Shown here: positions 37,361-49,745 of the stretch, in pieces | Numbering within the stretch: position 1 is the stretch's first letter | Layout: each line of letters opens with the position of its first letter | NCBI GenBank assembly: GCA_013265495.1 | Contig: MU061579.1 | Coordinates: forward strand, 482,872-546,871 | Reading direction: 5' to 3' | From: Vicugna vicugna | Taxonomy: Eukaryota | DNA: 64,000 nucleotides | Translations under genes and position numbers: made by a program | The notes under the pieces: generated by a model | Databases searched by the model: none | Told to the model about the DNA's origin: nothing | Seen by the model: only the letters and a program-made list of their open reading frames with translations

Positions 37361-38924
37361 TTGAATTATTTATTGCTGTTTGTTCTGGAGGTTCTTAGAA
37401 AAGAGTAAAGGGGGACAAAAAAATCACTCTAAAACTAACCTAAGCATGCAAACCATGCCTTCACAGATATGAGGGAAAAAGTGTAAAATGTCAAGTTGTC
37501 CTAGCCTAAAGACACAAATGTATTTTCCTTTTCTCATCATGTTTTCTTTTAGAATTGTACGCAGTAGTATATAGAAATCACTGTATAAATATTTTGAAAG
37601 TGATTCTGGGGTAGTGGTGAAAGAAAGTCTTGATTTATAATATTTGTTCACTGCTTTGGTGTGAATATCCCCCACCAAGGACAGTTGCAAGTTACCAACA
37701 TGATATCATGGAAGGAAGAGTTGGGAAAAGATGCTCACAGTCAGCTTATCTGAGCCCTTAGGAACTGGCCTCAACATACCATTGGTTGTGTCCTTCTGTT
37801 ATCTTAAGAGCTTCAGAGAAAATGTCCTGAGAAAAATGACTCAAACATCCCCTACCCCCGTGCATTGTGCTTTAATCTATCATACATTGACATTATTTTT
37901 GTTTACTAGTCTGCATTTCTCACTAGAATGAAAGGCTTTCTTCTATGATATTTATAACCATAGTAGCTAGCAGAATCCTTAGACATAATAAATACTCAAT
38001 AAACATTGTTAAAAGAACTTCCCTGAATTATCTTATCTTATTGCCTCCCAAGACTCAGACAGGAGCCAAAATTGAGCTAAATGGAAACATAATTTTGTGG
38101 TGCTAAGAGTTGGTCAATACTTTAAAGAAAATCTCAAACCTGATATAGACCTTTCTCTCTTTTAATTCCCAGACTGCTCTTGTATTTTCTCGGCTATTGA
38201 ACACAAAACAAGTATTCTCAAAGATATGCAGAAGCATGCCAAATTCAATAATAACATTTTGCATGGCAGTTAGGATATATTTATCACTTTTCATCTTCCA
38301 AACAACACAGAGAGTCAGATATCCTTTCACAAATGACAACAGTTATTTTCCCAAGGTCATGAAGTTAGTTGACCATGAACCTGAGTGCGGAAGAAAATAT
38401 GTTCCATAGATAATTTCCTCCTTCTCCCTTTGGTACCATATTTCAATCATTTTATTACTTAACAGAAAGGTCAACCACACTAAATTCTACTATCAAATTG
38501 TCTGCCTTGCACTAAGTGTTGAGAGCATAAGGATAACCTTACACTTCTGTTCTAATTCTTCAGACGTATGCCAAGGATAGGCGCATGTGACTAAATAGTG
38601 TACACTGTTATTTGTGCTGCAAAAGAGTTATTAACATAGTATTATGACACTAAGAACAGTGGGCAATTATTTTTACCTTGTGAATCAGAAGAGGTGTCAC
38701 AAAGTAATTCTGTTCAGTGATGCACAGAATGAAAGCATCTAGCTTTGAATCTGAGTATGACTTGAAATTATTAATGTCATTAAATTGTATCTTCCTATTT
38801 TGATTAAGCACTTAAATTCTTCTTTAAAGCTATGCACTAAATATTGTCTGTTCCCTTATTTGTCATGCCGTGATCTTTGGAGAAGCTGTTTTCTTCCCTT
38901 GTCCCAATCCTAATGAAAGTTGTG

Positions 38925-39817
38925 GCCAAAACTAGGCACATGAAAAAATGCTGAATACTGCTAATTATCAGACAAATGCAAATCAAAACTATAATGGGGT
39001 TCTCACTTCACACCAATCAGAATGGCCATCATCCAAAGTCCACGAACGATAAATGCTGGAGAGGGTGTGGAGGAAAGGGAACCCTCCTACACTGTTGGTG
39101 GGAATGTAGTTCGGTGCAGCCTTTATGGAAAACAGTATGGAGATGCCTCAAAAAACTAAAAATAGACTTTCCATATGATCCAGCAATCCCACTCTTGGGC
39201 ATATATCCAGAGTCAACCTTAATTCAAAAAGATACATGCTCCCTAATGTTCATAACAGCACTATTTACAATAGCCAAGACTTGGAAACAACCTAAATGTC
39301 CATCAGCAGATGACTGGATAAAGAAGCTGTGGTATATTTATACAATGGAATACTACTCAGCCATAAAAAGTGATAAAATAATGCCATATGCAGCAACACA
39401 GGTGGATTTGGAGATCGTCATTCTAAGCGAAGAAAGCCAGAAAGAGAAAGAAAAACACCATATGATATCACTTATATGTGGAATCGTAAAAAAAAAAAAA
39501 GACAAACAAAATTATTTACAAAACAGAAACAGACTCAGAAAACAAACTTATGGCTACCAGCAGGGGAAGGGTAGGAAGGGATCAATTGGGAGTTTGAGAT
39601 TTACAGATACTAACTAATATATATAAAATAGATATATAATTTTTAAGATATATAACAATTTTATTCTGTATAACACATGCAACTATATTCAATATCTTGT
39701 GGTAACTGCAGTGAAAAAGAACATGTGAATATATGTATGTTCATCATCTGACTGAAGCATTATACTGTATACCAGAAATTGACACAACGTGATAAACTGA
39801 CTATACTTCAATAAAAA
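38925..39817 (+). mobile_element. 5'-truncated L1; retains an open ORF2 C-terminus (ORF 38976-39617)
   Basis: Translation [54 protein letters not shown] is the L1 ORF2 cysteine-rich C-terminus; 3' UTR and AATAAA follow. Confidence 0.97.
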
Positions 39818-40579
39818 CCTACAACATAAATAAATCAATACAGTTATGATGAGTAAAAATATTTTGTTATATTTAAAAAATGTTAAGTGGCCAAGAAAAA
39901 GATGGTCAATTAATTTATAAAGAACTATATAAATGGAGTCAACATTTTACCATCGATTTGGAAGTACAAGATGTTTTTGTAATTTTTTTTCCAAAATATT
40001 TTCTGTGGCTCTTTGAATTAAATGCTTTCATAATGTACATGCATGTGTATTATAAAATATTCTGTGAAAATCTCACAGAATACTGTCACATGAACACAGC
40101 TGTGAAATTTCTTTAAACATTCAGTATTTGTTGAGTACTTTTTTGTGTGCTATGGTGAACCCTTCATCTCAGGAAATTTTTAGAAGATTGGGATACCTTG
40201 TAAAGCCTATAACAAACCTAAAATCGGGCTGAGGGGATCAGTGATGAGCAGTTTTGTGTAGAGTACACATTTCAAAGAGAAGCAGGACATTTAAAACCTG
40301 AATACTCTCTTCATTTCTATTTTTACATTTTTTGAATTGACTTCACTCTGTCTCTCCTCACCAGCTTCCCCATCTCTTCTCACATAATATTTCTCCCCAA
40401 CACCCCTCCAGCCCCTGCAAAATGTATTCCTCAACTTTATTGCTTTGATTTTAAAGAATAGGAAGGGGGAAAAAAACTTTTTCAAAAAGTTTAAGGACTA
40501 GCAGTCATCACGTGCTCAGGGCTAGGAGATGGTCCTTAGGACCATCTGCCTGCTCAGTAGCCATTTCTTTTCCTTCAGT

Positions 40580-41103
40580 GTGTGGCATTGTGGTGGACTG
40601 TCAATCAAAGTGAAAGTCACAGCCAAGAGTGAGAGGGAGTCACCTCACCAAAGCATGACTAGTCGGTCTGCCTCCCTTGGGAACTGTGGATGCATAGGGT
40701 GAGAAGCAGTAAGTCACCCCTAGCAAAACCAAATTTGGCTAAGCCATTAACTACTGCCATGGTGAACACCATCAGAAGCCCCAGCTGGCTCATTTCTGTT
40801 AGACCCCTTACATCAAGGCAACTCACTCTACCCCTCTGATCTTCCTCCTGTGCAAAGAGTTCCACAATCAGTCTACATCCCACATTCCGTAAACACCCTC
40901 CGGGCAGCTGCCCAGAGCCCAGGTTCTCTCTCCTTTTCCCTCTTCCTTTTACTGCTCGTGGGACTCCTCACCCCGAGATGCCCTATGCTTGCATATTCCT
41001 CAATAATAACCCATTAAATTACGTGTGACCCTGTCACTGGTGTGATGATTTTTGAAACTGACACCTTTAAAATGGGCAAAGTGGCAGACCCTGGCAGCAG
41101 ACA
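40580..41103 (+). mobile_element. Probable unclassified (ERVL-like) solo LTR
   Basis: About 520 bp GC-richer block with TG...CA ends, pyrimidine-rich R-like tract and 'caataata...attaaa' near the 3' end; family not recognised. Confidence 0.35.
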
Positions 41104-41689
41104 GAGGTAGGACTGTAATAGGAAACTTGAATCTTGAGAAGCATGAAAAAAAAAGCATTGGCATTTATTCATCTGGCAGAGATACCCAAGGGCACCCTGA
41201 GTAGTCCCAATTACCAGCGCTGCTGGGTTTCTCACTTCTCTGTGCCTGGTTCTTGACCCTCCCATTTGATCGTGTGCATTCCCCCAAACATCAGATACAT
41301 TTTCTTTATAAATAATTAGCTAAAGTTAGATTGACTGTAACCGAAGAATTACAAGTTATTTAATGGATTTAATTTGACTAGTCCTTTGTCTGGGGGGGAA
41401 GAAAAGGAAACAAAAGCAAATCAGAGCTGCTTTTGAATACCCACCCACCCACACTCACACACTTACAATCATGCACACAAATGCATACAAACACACACAC
41501 ACACACATCTTAACAGCTAGCCAAGCCAAAAGATACTTCTACTAATCCACAAAGACTCACCCAGTTTACTCATTACCTCTGTGGCCACACATATTTTCTA
41601 CTTTTATTCAAGAGAGAAAGTTTCCCCCTCCTCTTAGCTCCCATGGCTCTGAACACAAGCCTGTATTTAGACTCTGCTTTAAGGATAAT

Positions 41690-41905
41690 GGTAAAAATAA
41701 CTGATATTTAATGGTCACCATGTGACAGCGCTGTTCTAAGAACTTTGTGCTCCTATTTCATCCTCAGAGCAGGCATTATTATTATCATCCCATTATGCAA
41801 ATGAGGAAACCAAGTTCAAAGTAACTTGCCCAGGGTTTCACAGCTTGGATGACAAAGACAGAACTTGAGTCCAATGTCACTCATTTCATCATTACCTTAC
41901 ACTGC
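41690..41905 (-). mobile_element. MIR SINE
   Basis: 'tattatcatcccatt...aatgaggaaac...gtaacttgcccagggtttcacagct'. Confidence 0.85.
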
Positions 41906-43994
41906 ATATAGCTTGGATTTTTATACTTTTCTTATGTGACGCCCTCAACCTGTCTACACCAGAACTGGGGAGTGTGTATTGGACATTATATTTGCCTAGT
42001 GCCCAGCAGAGTACTTAGCACATTTTAGGAAATCTGTAAATATCTGTTAAATAATTTTCTTAAAGGAGTCAAAAGAGATAACTTGAATTTTTCACTTTTC
42101 AATCAGCTATTCTGACATAATTTCAACATAGACTAGGTTTCTTTCAATGCAGGTGAAAAATTTAGTTAGCGATCATCCAAGAAACAGTCTGGAAAAATAA
42201 AAATAGGAGCTGCAGTTCTGACAAGACTTCAGTGACTATATTACATCAACCTCTAAATGAAGGGGCTTAAATATCTGCATGAAAGAGAAAAGGGCAAAGG
42301 GATTTGAAGATTATCAGCTGATAATCAGAGACAGGAAAGCTCTAGAGAGGGTATTATTGAAAAATATAAACCACCAACAAAATACGCCCTAAAATGCGTG
42401 TATAAGACAGAGCTAATTGTCCATTTCTATCAGCAACTAAGGAAATGTGATGGTGTGTTTTCAACTCAATCCTTCAGACTTTATATATACTTCTGGGGAA
42501 GTTGAAGTTCCATTGCTTAATATAGCATGACACTCTGGAGATTTTTCTTAAAAAAAATGAATTGTATCTCAATGGTAGGAAAAGAATGTTGATGGTAAAA
42601 TAGACCCGTTATCTTAGAAAAGCAAAATGCCCCTCTAGGTACAACACAGCACCGTGGGCTGCAGGAGACAAATGATACGGAGAGGGAGAGACTGAAAAAT
42701 GTGATAGGCAGGCCTGGCTTTAGGCACTTGGATTGCTAAAGAAGCCCGCGTGTCAGGTAAGCTCCCCAAGGACCGTTTTAGTCACTCATTTAGCATAACC
42801 TGAGGTCGAAGTGTCATGTGTCTCAACAAAATCCCAGTGATGCACCCAAGGAAAAGTGCTCATTTCTCTCTCACCCGAAGCCATTGAGCCCCATAAGCTC
42901 ACACAGGGTCCTCTTAAAGCCAAAAAGAAGTAATGAAGTTAGTAATGGAGGCAATTAACAAGTGATAATGTGACTTACATCTGTCACAGTCCAGATATCA
43001 GGAACTATTTATATTTAAATATCTAGACACGGATTTGGGTTACTTACCTATGGATAATGAGACTTCATGCTTTCCAGCCATTTTCACTCTCCAAATTATG
43101 TGCATTCCAGGCTTTCGGGGGGTTGCAGTGTGTTTAGAATGCTGAATATACTTCAGTGTATTGAGGCCAGCTCATGGCTGCAGAGTAAGAAAGGAAGTGG
43201 AAACGTTCAGAAAAAGTAAGGTTATTAAATCTACAAAAAAATTCAGTGAAAGTTGGCTTGAAAGGAAATAAGGTTTAGATTTGCAAATGTATAAAGAGTG
43301 ACAATAGGCTAAGTGACCCCCACCTATAACAAGTTGCTCATGTAACTACAGACAGGTCTCTAGGATGGATGCTAGTAGGAGTGTAACAGCTCAACAGAGC
43401 ACCCCCACCACTGCCAGCCCACCAAAAAATAACCAATTTTTCTCTTGGATACCCACTTTAGGACTCTGTACAGATTTGTCTTTTCTAAGATCACACCCAG
43501 ATGCTGACCGTCATCCCATAGGCATGTCATAGGACAGATTCTGGCTTCCTCATGAATACAGTCTTATTCTTTGCAATGTGGACACTGAGTTGTAAGTCAG
43601 AAAGTAAAACTTAATGCTGCCTGGTTTCATGTGTGCTTGTGTGTGTGTGTGCACATGTGTGTGTGTTGCCTTGTTAGTGGTGGTAGTACTCACCTGGCTC
43701 AACCTGTAGGGACAAGCCCCCATTGTTCAGCTCAGTCTGACCATAGATGAGCAGCAAGGCTCCACCCCCACCCCATGCTCAGCCATGCCTGTAATACTGC
43801 AACCTGAGACGTAAGTATTATTTATGGGAGAAACACCCTTGTGTATTTCTGTTTTCTACAGATCACTGTAATTTTGAATCTCTGCTGCAAGCATCTTACT
43901 TTTCACCTTTAATAAAAACAGTGGTTAGTGGAAGGGGTGGTCAAGATAAATAAGCTACCATCCTTTCAAAAGTGGAAGTCAAGTTACTCTCTTT

Positions 43995-44112
43995 AGGGAG
44001 GGTATAGCTCAGTGGTAGAGAATGTGCATACATGCACGAGGTCCTGGGTTCAATTCCCAGTACCTCCATTAAATAAACAAACAAACAAACCTAATTACCA
44101 CCTTCCCAAAAA
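43995..44112 (+). mobile_element. tRNA-derived camelid-type SINE (vic-1-like)
   Basis: tagctcagtgg A box, gggttcaattcc B box, cctaattacc tail; imperfect TSD aagttactctcttt (43981-43994) / aagatactccttt (44113-44125). Confidence 0.95.
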
Positions 44113-46374
44113 AAGATACTCCTTTTATGCACCCACTGCTATTCAGGGAATCTAGGTGTCCTACCCCCACCCCCTTTTGTTTTTCCCACTTGTTCACATC
44201 TGTGGTCAGCGCAGGGAGGGTTGGTGGGTGATGCGTGCTCACAGACTGGAGCCAAGTGGCAGGGCAGAGGAAGCAGGGGGCCCTGGCTCTGAGGCAGCTC
44301 ATCCCTTAAAGACATCAGCTCTGCTCCTTGTTAGGCAGTGGAGGGCCCCAGCTCTCTCCCCATCCCGGATTACTCTCCCTCTTTATCTAATTTTAGTTAC
44401 CAATTGACCTTCTCACTGCTCTTTTCTCCAGACCCACTTTTTTAGTCTCCCTAAGGAAAAAGCCAGAACTGCAATCAATTAATATATTAAAGACATCACT
44501 CTCCTACAACATGCTAGTTTGAAGTATTTCATATCTTCCTATGTTTAGTTCACTAAATATAGTGAAACTCTGGTAAACTCTGTGTCTATGTGTGTGTAAC
44601 TGCTCATTGTTTTACTGGTTAATACTGTATAAAGAGGAGAATTTAATTTGAATTTGCCCAACACGTGAGCTAGGTGGGCTCACACGCTGGTGGCCTGGCT
44701 CAACCTGAAAGCTGTGGCATGCTCGAGGTCCAAGCTGAGTCTAACACTGAAAGAACAGTGAACAGAACTATGAAGCCAGAAGCAGCACAGACAATCCAGA
44801 AATAGGGTCAGCATTCAAGGAGATTCTGTATAAGAGGTTTAACACAGCAAACTTTATGTGACATTCAGATCATCAACAATCTAAACCAGTTCAGAGAAGT
44901 TCACCCTGGGATAGATCTGTATGAGCATTTTTTTAGTGTTATTGATACACTTTCTGTCTTTCGTACAAATCTAGGCCACAAGTTCAAGCAGGCATAAAGT
45001 GTGACTTTAACACTGCCTGACAAAAGTGTTTCTATATTAAACTCAATTCTGATGGATGGTTAAAAGACAAAAATGTCAGTTACATGGAAATTTCTCTCTT
45101 GTGTGTTTGGTTTTCCTTAAAGTCTGAGGGACGGTGCCCCAGGATTGTGGGTGGGACCATCTGGCCATGATTGGCCATCGATCCACTTCAGGGTCCTCTG
45201 AGGTTTACCTGGTCCTGCCTCATCCTTTGTTACATGAAGGTTGCAGCTATGCTGTCCTTTCTTCCCAAATACGAGATCTCTCTGAATCCAGGTCTAGCAG
45301 AGCTCACTTGTTATTCCTCTGGGGACCACTCTGATGCCCCTAGAAACTCTCTCGTGGAGCTTAGACCCTCTCTGTCTAGAGGCATCAACCTTAATTACTA
45401 CCACTCCTTCTCCTACATCTTTCTGGGCACAGGGTTTTAATCTGCCTGGAATATACTTTTGAAGTGAAGCATGAGCACCGTTTACCTTCACTAGACCTAC
45501 CTGAAGTTCCTCTGCTCCTTCTGTTCCCTTGAGTTTGGCTGAGACAGAACATCACTTTTGAGGACGATTCCAGCACGTGGACACTTTGCTTCTCCTTCTC
45601 ACCCCTGACTGTATCTCCTACTCCAGGGAGAGGGGAAAACCTAACTCAGCTTTGTCAGCTCTTCTTCCAAAATTTTTTATTCTTATATCTGGCTCTCAGC
45701 GTTAAAATCCAAATGAATGCATGACCAATGTAAGAGAAATATCAAGAAAAATCTATGCTATGTATTACTTGTATCCACACTGGACCTTGTTGCTTTATGT
45801 TTATTTACTTTTTCTTTAAAATGGCCAAACTTTATGGTCATGGTAAATATTATCAATAATTAACAATCAGAAATAAAGTAATAATACTCACATAGGTCAA
45901 GTTGTCACCCAAATCTTGGGAGAAGAACTAGATTAGAACTCAAGTCTAGTGACAGGTCAGGACTACAGCATGCATAGTAGAAAGAATGTTTCAAATTGTC
46001 TTCACATTTTTATTCATATGACAACACTAACAAAAATGCTAAAAAACCAACGTGTTCAGTTTCTAACAAATGATCAAATGTACGTATGTTGGCGCAAGAA
46101 AACAAGGTGTGTCCTTAACTTGTAAGATAGCCACTGTGTCAGAGAATATAAAGAAATTTAGATCTGGAGAAAACTTCATCATACTTACCTGAAGTGTCTT
46201 GAGGTCAGTGAGTCCCCTCACAATTGTTTATTATTCCCATTTCTGATGTTTGAGGCATGGATGTTATTTCTAACTATAACATGTTTACAAATTCAAATTT
46301 TTCAAGTTCAAATAACATGACGAATATTCAACTCTATCAAGATACATCTCATCCTGTTCTGTATACCCTTAGAC

Positions 46375-46535
46375 CATAGTTTCCCAACTTTTGCTTCATA
46401 CTAGAATTATCTTTGGAGATTTATATTTCCAGAAATATACTGATTTAATTGGTCTGGGTTAGGACCTAGGATTGGATGACTATAAATTAGCTCTTCTAGG
46501 TCAGTCTCAAGTTCAGTCATGGTTGCAAACTATTG
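46375..46535. mobile_element. MER5A-like MITE (degenerate)
   Basis: 'ctgatttaattggtctggg', ends 'ggttgcaaactattg'. Confidence 0.7.
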
Positions 46536-46653
46536 CCTTAAAAAATTGTCCCTGTATTAGTCATAATCTACTTCTGTTGTACTTAAACTGCCAGTAGGGT
46601 GAACACCACCAGCTCAGTTGCACTGAATGAAACTACATTTGGTTCCTGATGAA

Positions 46654-46770
46654 TCTCTCTCCCTTTTCTCTCTCTTGGTCTTTCTGTCTCTCCCTCTCTG
46701 TCTGTCTGTCTCTCTCTGTGAGCCTGCTGTCCATCTCTCTCTCTGTCTTTCCCCCTCATCCCTCCCCCTG
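46654..46770. repeat. (TC)/(TCTG)-rich low-complexity tract
   Basis: Read directly. Confidence 0.8.
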
Positions 46771-48820
46771 TCAGTATCTCTAGTAGGGAAAACAACCTGT
46801 GAAGAGTGATGCTCCCCTGCCTCCCAAGTTCAAATATTCCTAATGCCGAGACTTAAATTCTCTGTCATATTACGAGCGCCTCTCTCACTCTGACTTTTTC
46901 ATATTCTATTTGGGCACCTGTAAGGAGTGAGTAAGGTGAAGGCTATTGTAAAATGGAGTAAACATCATTCTAAATTGATTTTCCTTTCAGAACTCAGAAC
47001 ATCCAGTCCATGCTCCAAGCCTGTGGACCAAAGCTTACTGACATCCTTTTAAATCTCCAGAGTGATGATATTTCCATGTTCGTTGGGAAGTCGTCCAGAA
47101 GAACATGTGGCAATATTGACTTTAGTGAGAGAGTTTATTTCTCTGCCTATGGGTTGAGTCATTCCATAGACTCAGGTTTGCTCTTACTTCATTGTCAGCC
47201 CTCCAGAGCCCAGTAACCTGTGACAGCTGAGTTATTGTGTTCTTTATGAAGACTGCTTCTACCATAAGCCCTTACTGCTGTTTTTCTTTGAGCCAATTCT
47301 CCTCAAAGCAATTTATCATCTTGTCTACTGAAACTGCTATAGCTCTCGTATCATTTCATTTATATGTTCCCTATGCAGCAGCCTCTAATGACCATTTAAT
47401 AATATGGAAGAAGATGCAGACATGTCCTCTGGGCAACACCTTATTTTAAATAATAGAATAGCTGGTTTACAATTAGAAAAGAATGGAGCATTTCGGCTCT
47501 AGCAGTCAGAAAAAATCTCTCACTCAACTGGACTGACTGGTCGTCTGTCTCTCTGCACATACGTGGCTCTATTGTAGGTACTTGTGTCTAGACTTGCCTC
47601 CACCGTTAAACAATCGCACGGTTGCAGCGGGAGTTGGTGTCTTTTACATCTTGCTCTTCATGGTAGTACTTGGAAGCGATGTTCCCGAGGCAGAGCTAAA
47701 TCTGCTGTACAGATAATCTTGCTTTATATTTGAAATCACTGCATATTAGACTTATATGCAAGAATACTCTGCCAAGACTGAGTAGAATGGCTGGCTTTTA
47801 AGAAATATACCCTTAAATAGCAAATATGCAAAGAAGAAAATGGTAAATCAATTAACATGCTTGTCTTAATGGTTTATGACTAATACATTTTGCCTCTTTG
47901 AGTAAGAACTCAAAGGCACGTTACTCAACAGATGCTCATTGATCAAGTCATTCAAGCAAATATGTGATAACATGTTTACTTTCCCTCAATTCTAATTGTC
48001 ATCAGGATGTAAGTGTCATCTCTCCCACGTCAAGTACACTTTGGAGAAATGTACCTGATGTGCATAGGAGACTTTGTGTATGTTTTCTTCTGGGCTTTTG
48101 AGGTTAAAAACAGAAATTTACCTTCGTGAGAAAGTACTTGAGATTTGACATCAGAATGAAGGATAAATTCAAAAGACAAGATCATAAGGCTTGTGGGTAG
48201 TGGTTAATCTGGGTATGTTTTTAAATATCAGCGTATCAACTTTCTACAAACTAGCCAGACAAAGAGGATGTTGACACTGTCCCTGTTCATAACCTTCAAT
48301 GGGTATGTCTGAGTCATAAAAAATAAACTCTCATTTAAGAATCTTGCATTTTGAAAATGATTTTATATGACTTCATATGGAGTAGATGGATACGTCATTT
48401 CATTTTCTACTAACTAATTAGGTGAACTTCTAATTAACAATGTTCATATATACGCTTCTCCTTTCAAGCAAGTCAATTCAACAAATAGCCACTTGTAACT
48501 TATGGATACTATGAAGTTACATCAGCCTACCCTGGTTAACAACAACAAACATGCCAGATAAAATGACAACATATGATTATCTCTCACAAGGTAGTTTCAG
48601 GTAAAATTGCCCTTGTTTATCCTTCCTCCATAAAGAGAATCTCAAAATCCCTAGAATGTAGCAAAATAGGCCAGCATGCATAAACATTTAATAAATGTTG
48701 AGTGAATAAACGTAGAATAAGCCTAATTAAGGCTGAATAAATAGACAGATGAACAAATAAATTCATGAAAACAAAATATGGTAATCATGAGACATGCCAA
48801 TGATACAGAAATAGGCTGTA

Positions 48821-49745
48821 CCACAAATGATAAATGTTGGAGAGGGTATGGAGAAAAGGGAACCCACCTATACTGTTGGTGGGAATGTAGTTTGGTGCAG
48901 CCATTATGGAAATACAGTGTGGAAATTCCGTAAAAAATTAAAAATAGTCTTACTATATGATCCAGCAATCTCACTCCTGGATGTATATCTGGAGGGAACT
49001 CTAATTCAAAAAGATATATGCACTCCAATATTCATAGCAGCACTATCTACAATGTCCAAGACATGGAAACAAGCTAAATATCCATTAACAAATGACAGGA
49101 TAAAGAAGATGTGGTGTGCATATACAATGGAATACTACTCAGCTATAAAAACAGAACAAAATAATGCCATTTGCAGCAACATGGATAGACCTGAAGATCA
49201 TCATTGTAAGTGAAGTAAGCCAGAAAGAGAAAGAAAAATACCATATGATGTCACTTACATGTGGAATCTTAAAAAAAAAAGAGAGACACAAATGAACTTG
49301 TTTACAAAACAGAAACGACACACAGACATAGAAAACAAACTTACAGTTACCGGGGGAAAGGAGGTAGGAAAGGAGTTTGAGATTTGCAGATACTAACTAT
49401 TATATAGAATAGATAGACAGGTTTCTACTGTATAACACAGGGAACTATATTCAATATCTTGTAACTTGTAATGAAAAAGAATATGAAAAGGAATGTATGT
49501 ATGTATATGTATGACTGAAACATCATGCTATAAACCAGAAATTGACACAACATTATAAACTCTATCTTTCAATAGAAAAAGAACACAAAAAATAAAATAA
49601 AGTAGATGAACAAGTTTCTACTGTATAGCACAGGGAACTATATTCAATATCTTGTAGTAACTTATAATGAAAAAGAAAATGAAAACAAAAAGAATGAATG
49701 AATGAGTCATATTGAGAAAACAAAAAAGTTAAAGACAAAAAAAAA
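48821..49745 (+). mobile_element. 5'-truncated L1 with extended composite 3' tail
   Basis: ORF2 remnant ([27 protein letters not shown]), 3' UTR to ~49575, second 3' UTR piece 49600-49690; TSD agaaataggctgta (48807-48820) / agaaatagacttta (49746-49759). Confidence 0.95.

Noticed and set aside
43995..44070. tRNA gene
   Set aside because: tRNA-like head continues into a SINE body and tail with TSDs; it is a SINE
43693..44707. Exact 14-mer cctggctcaacctg repeated 1 kb apart
   Set aside because: Several 14-mer matches are expected by chance in 64 kb; the flanks do not extend the match
43040..46192. Isolated consensus minus-strand donors (about 43045, 43690, 46188)
   Set aside because: I could not pair them with convincing acceptors; lone donors occur by chance
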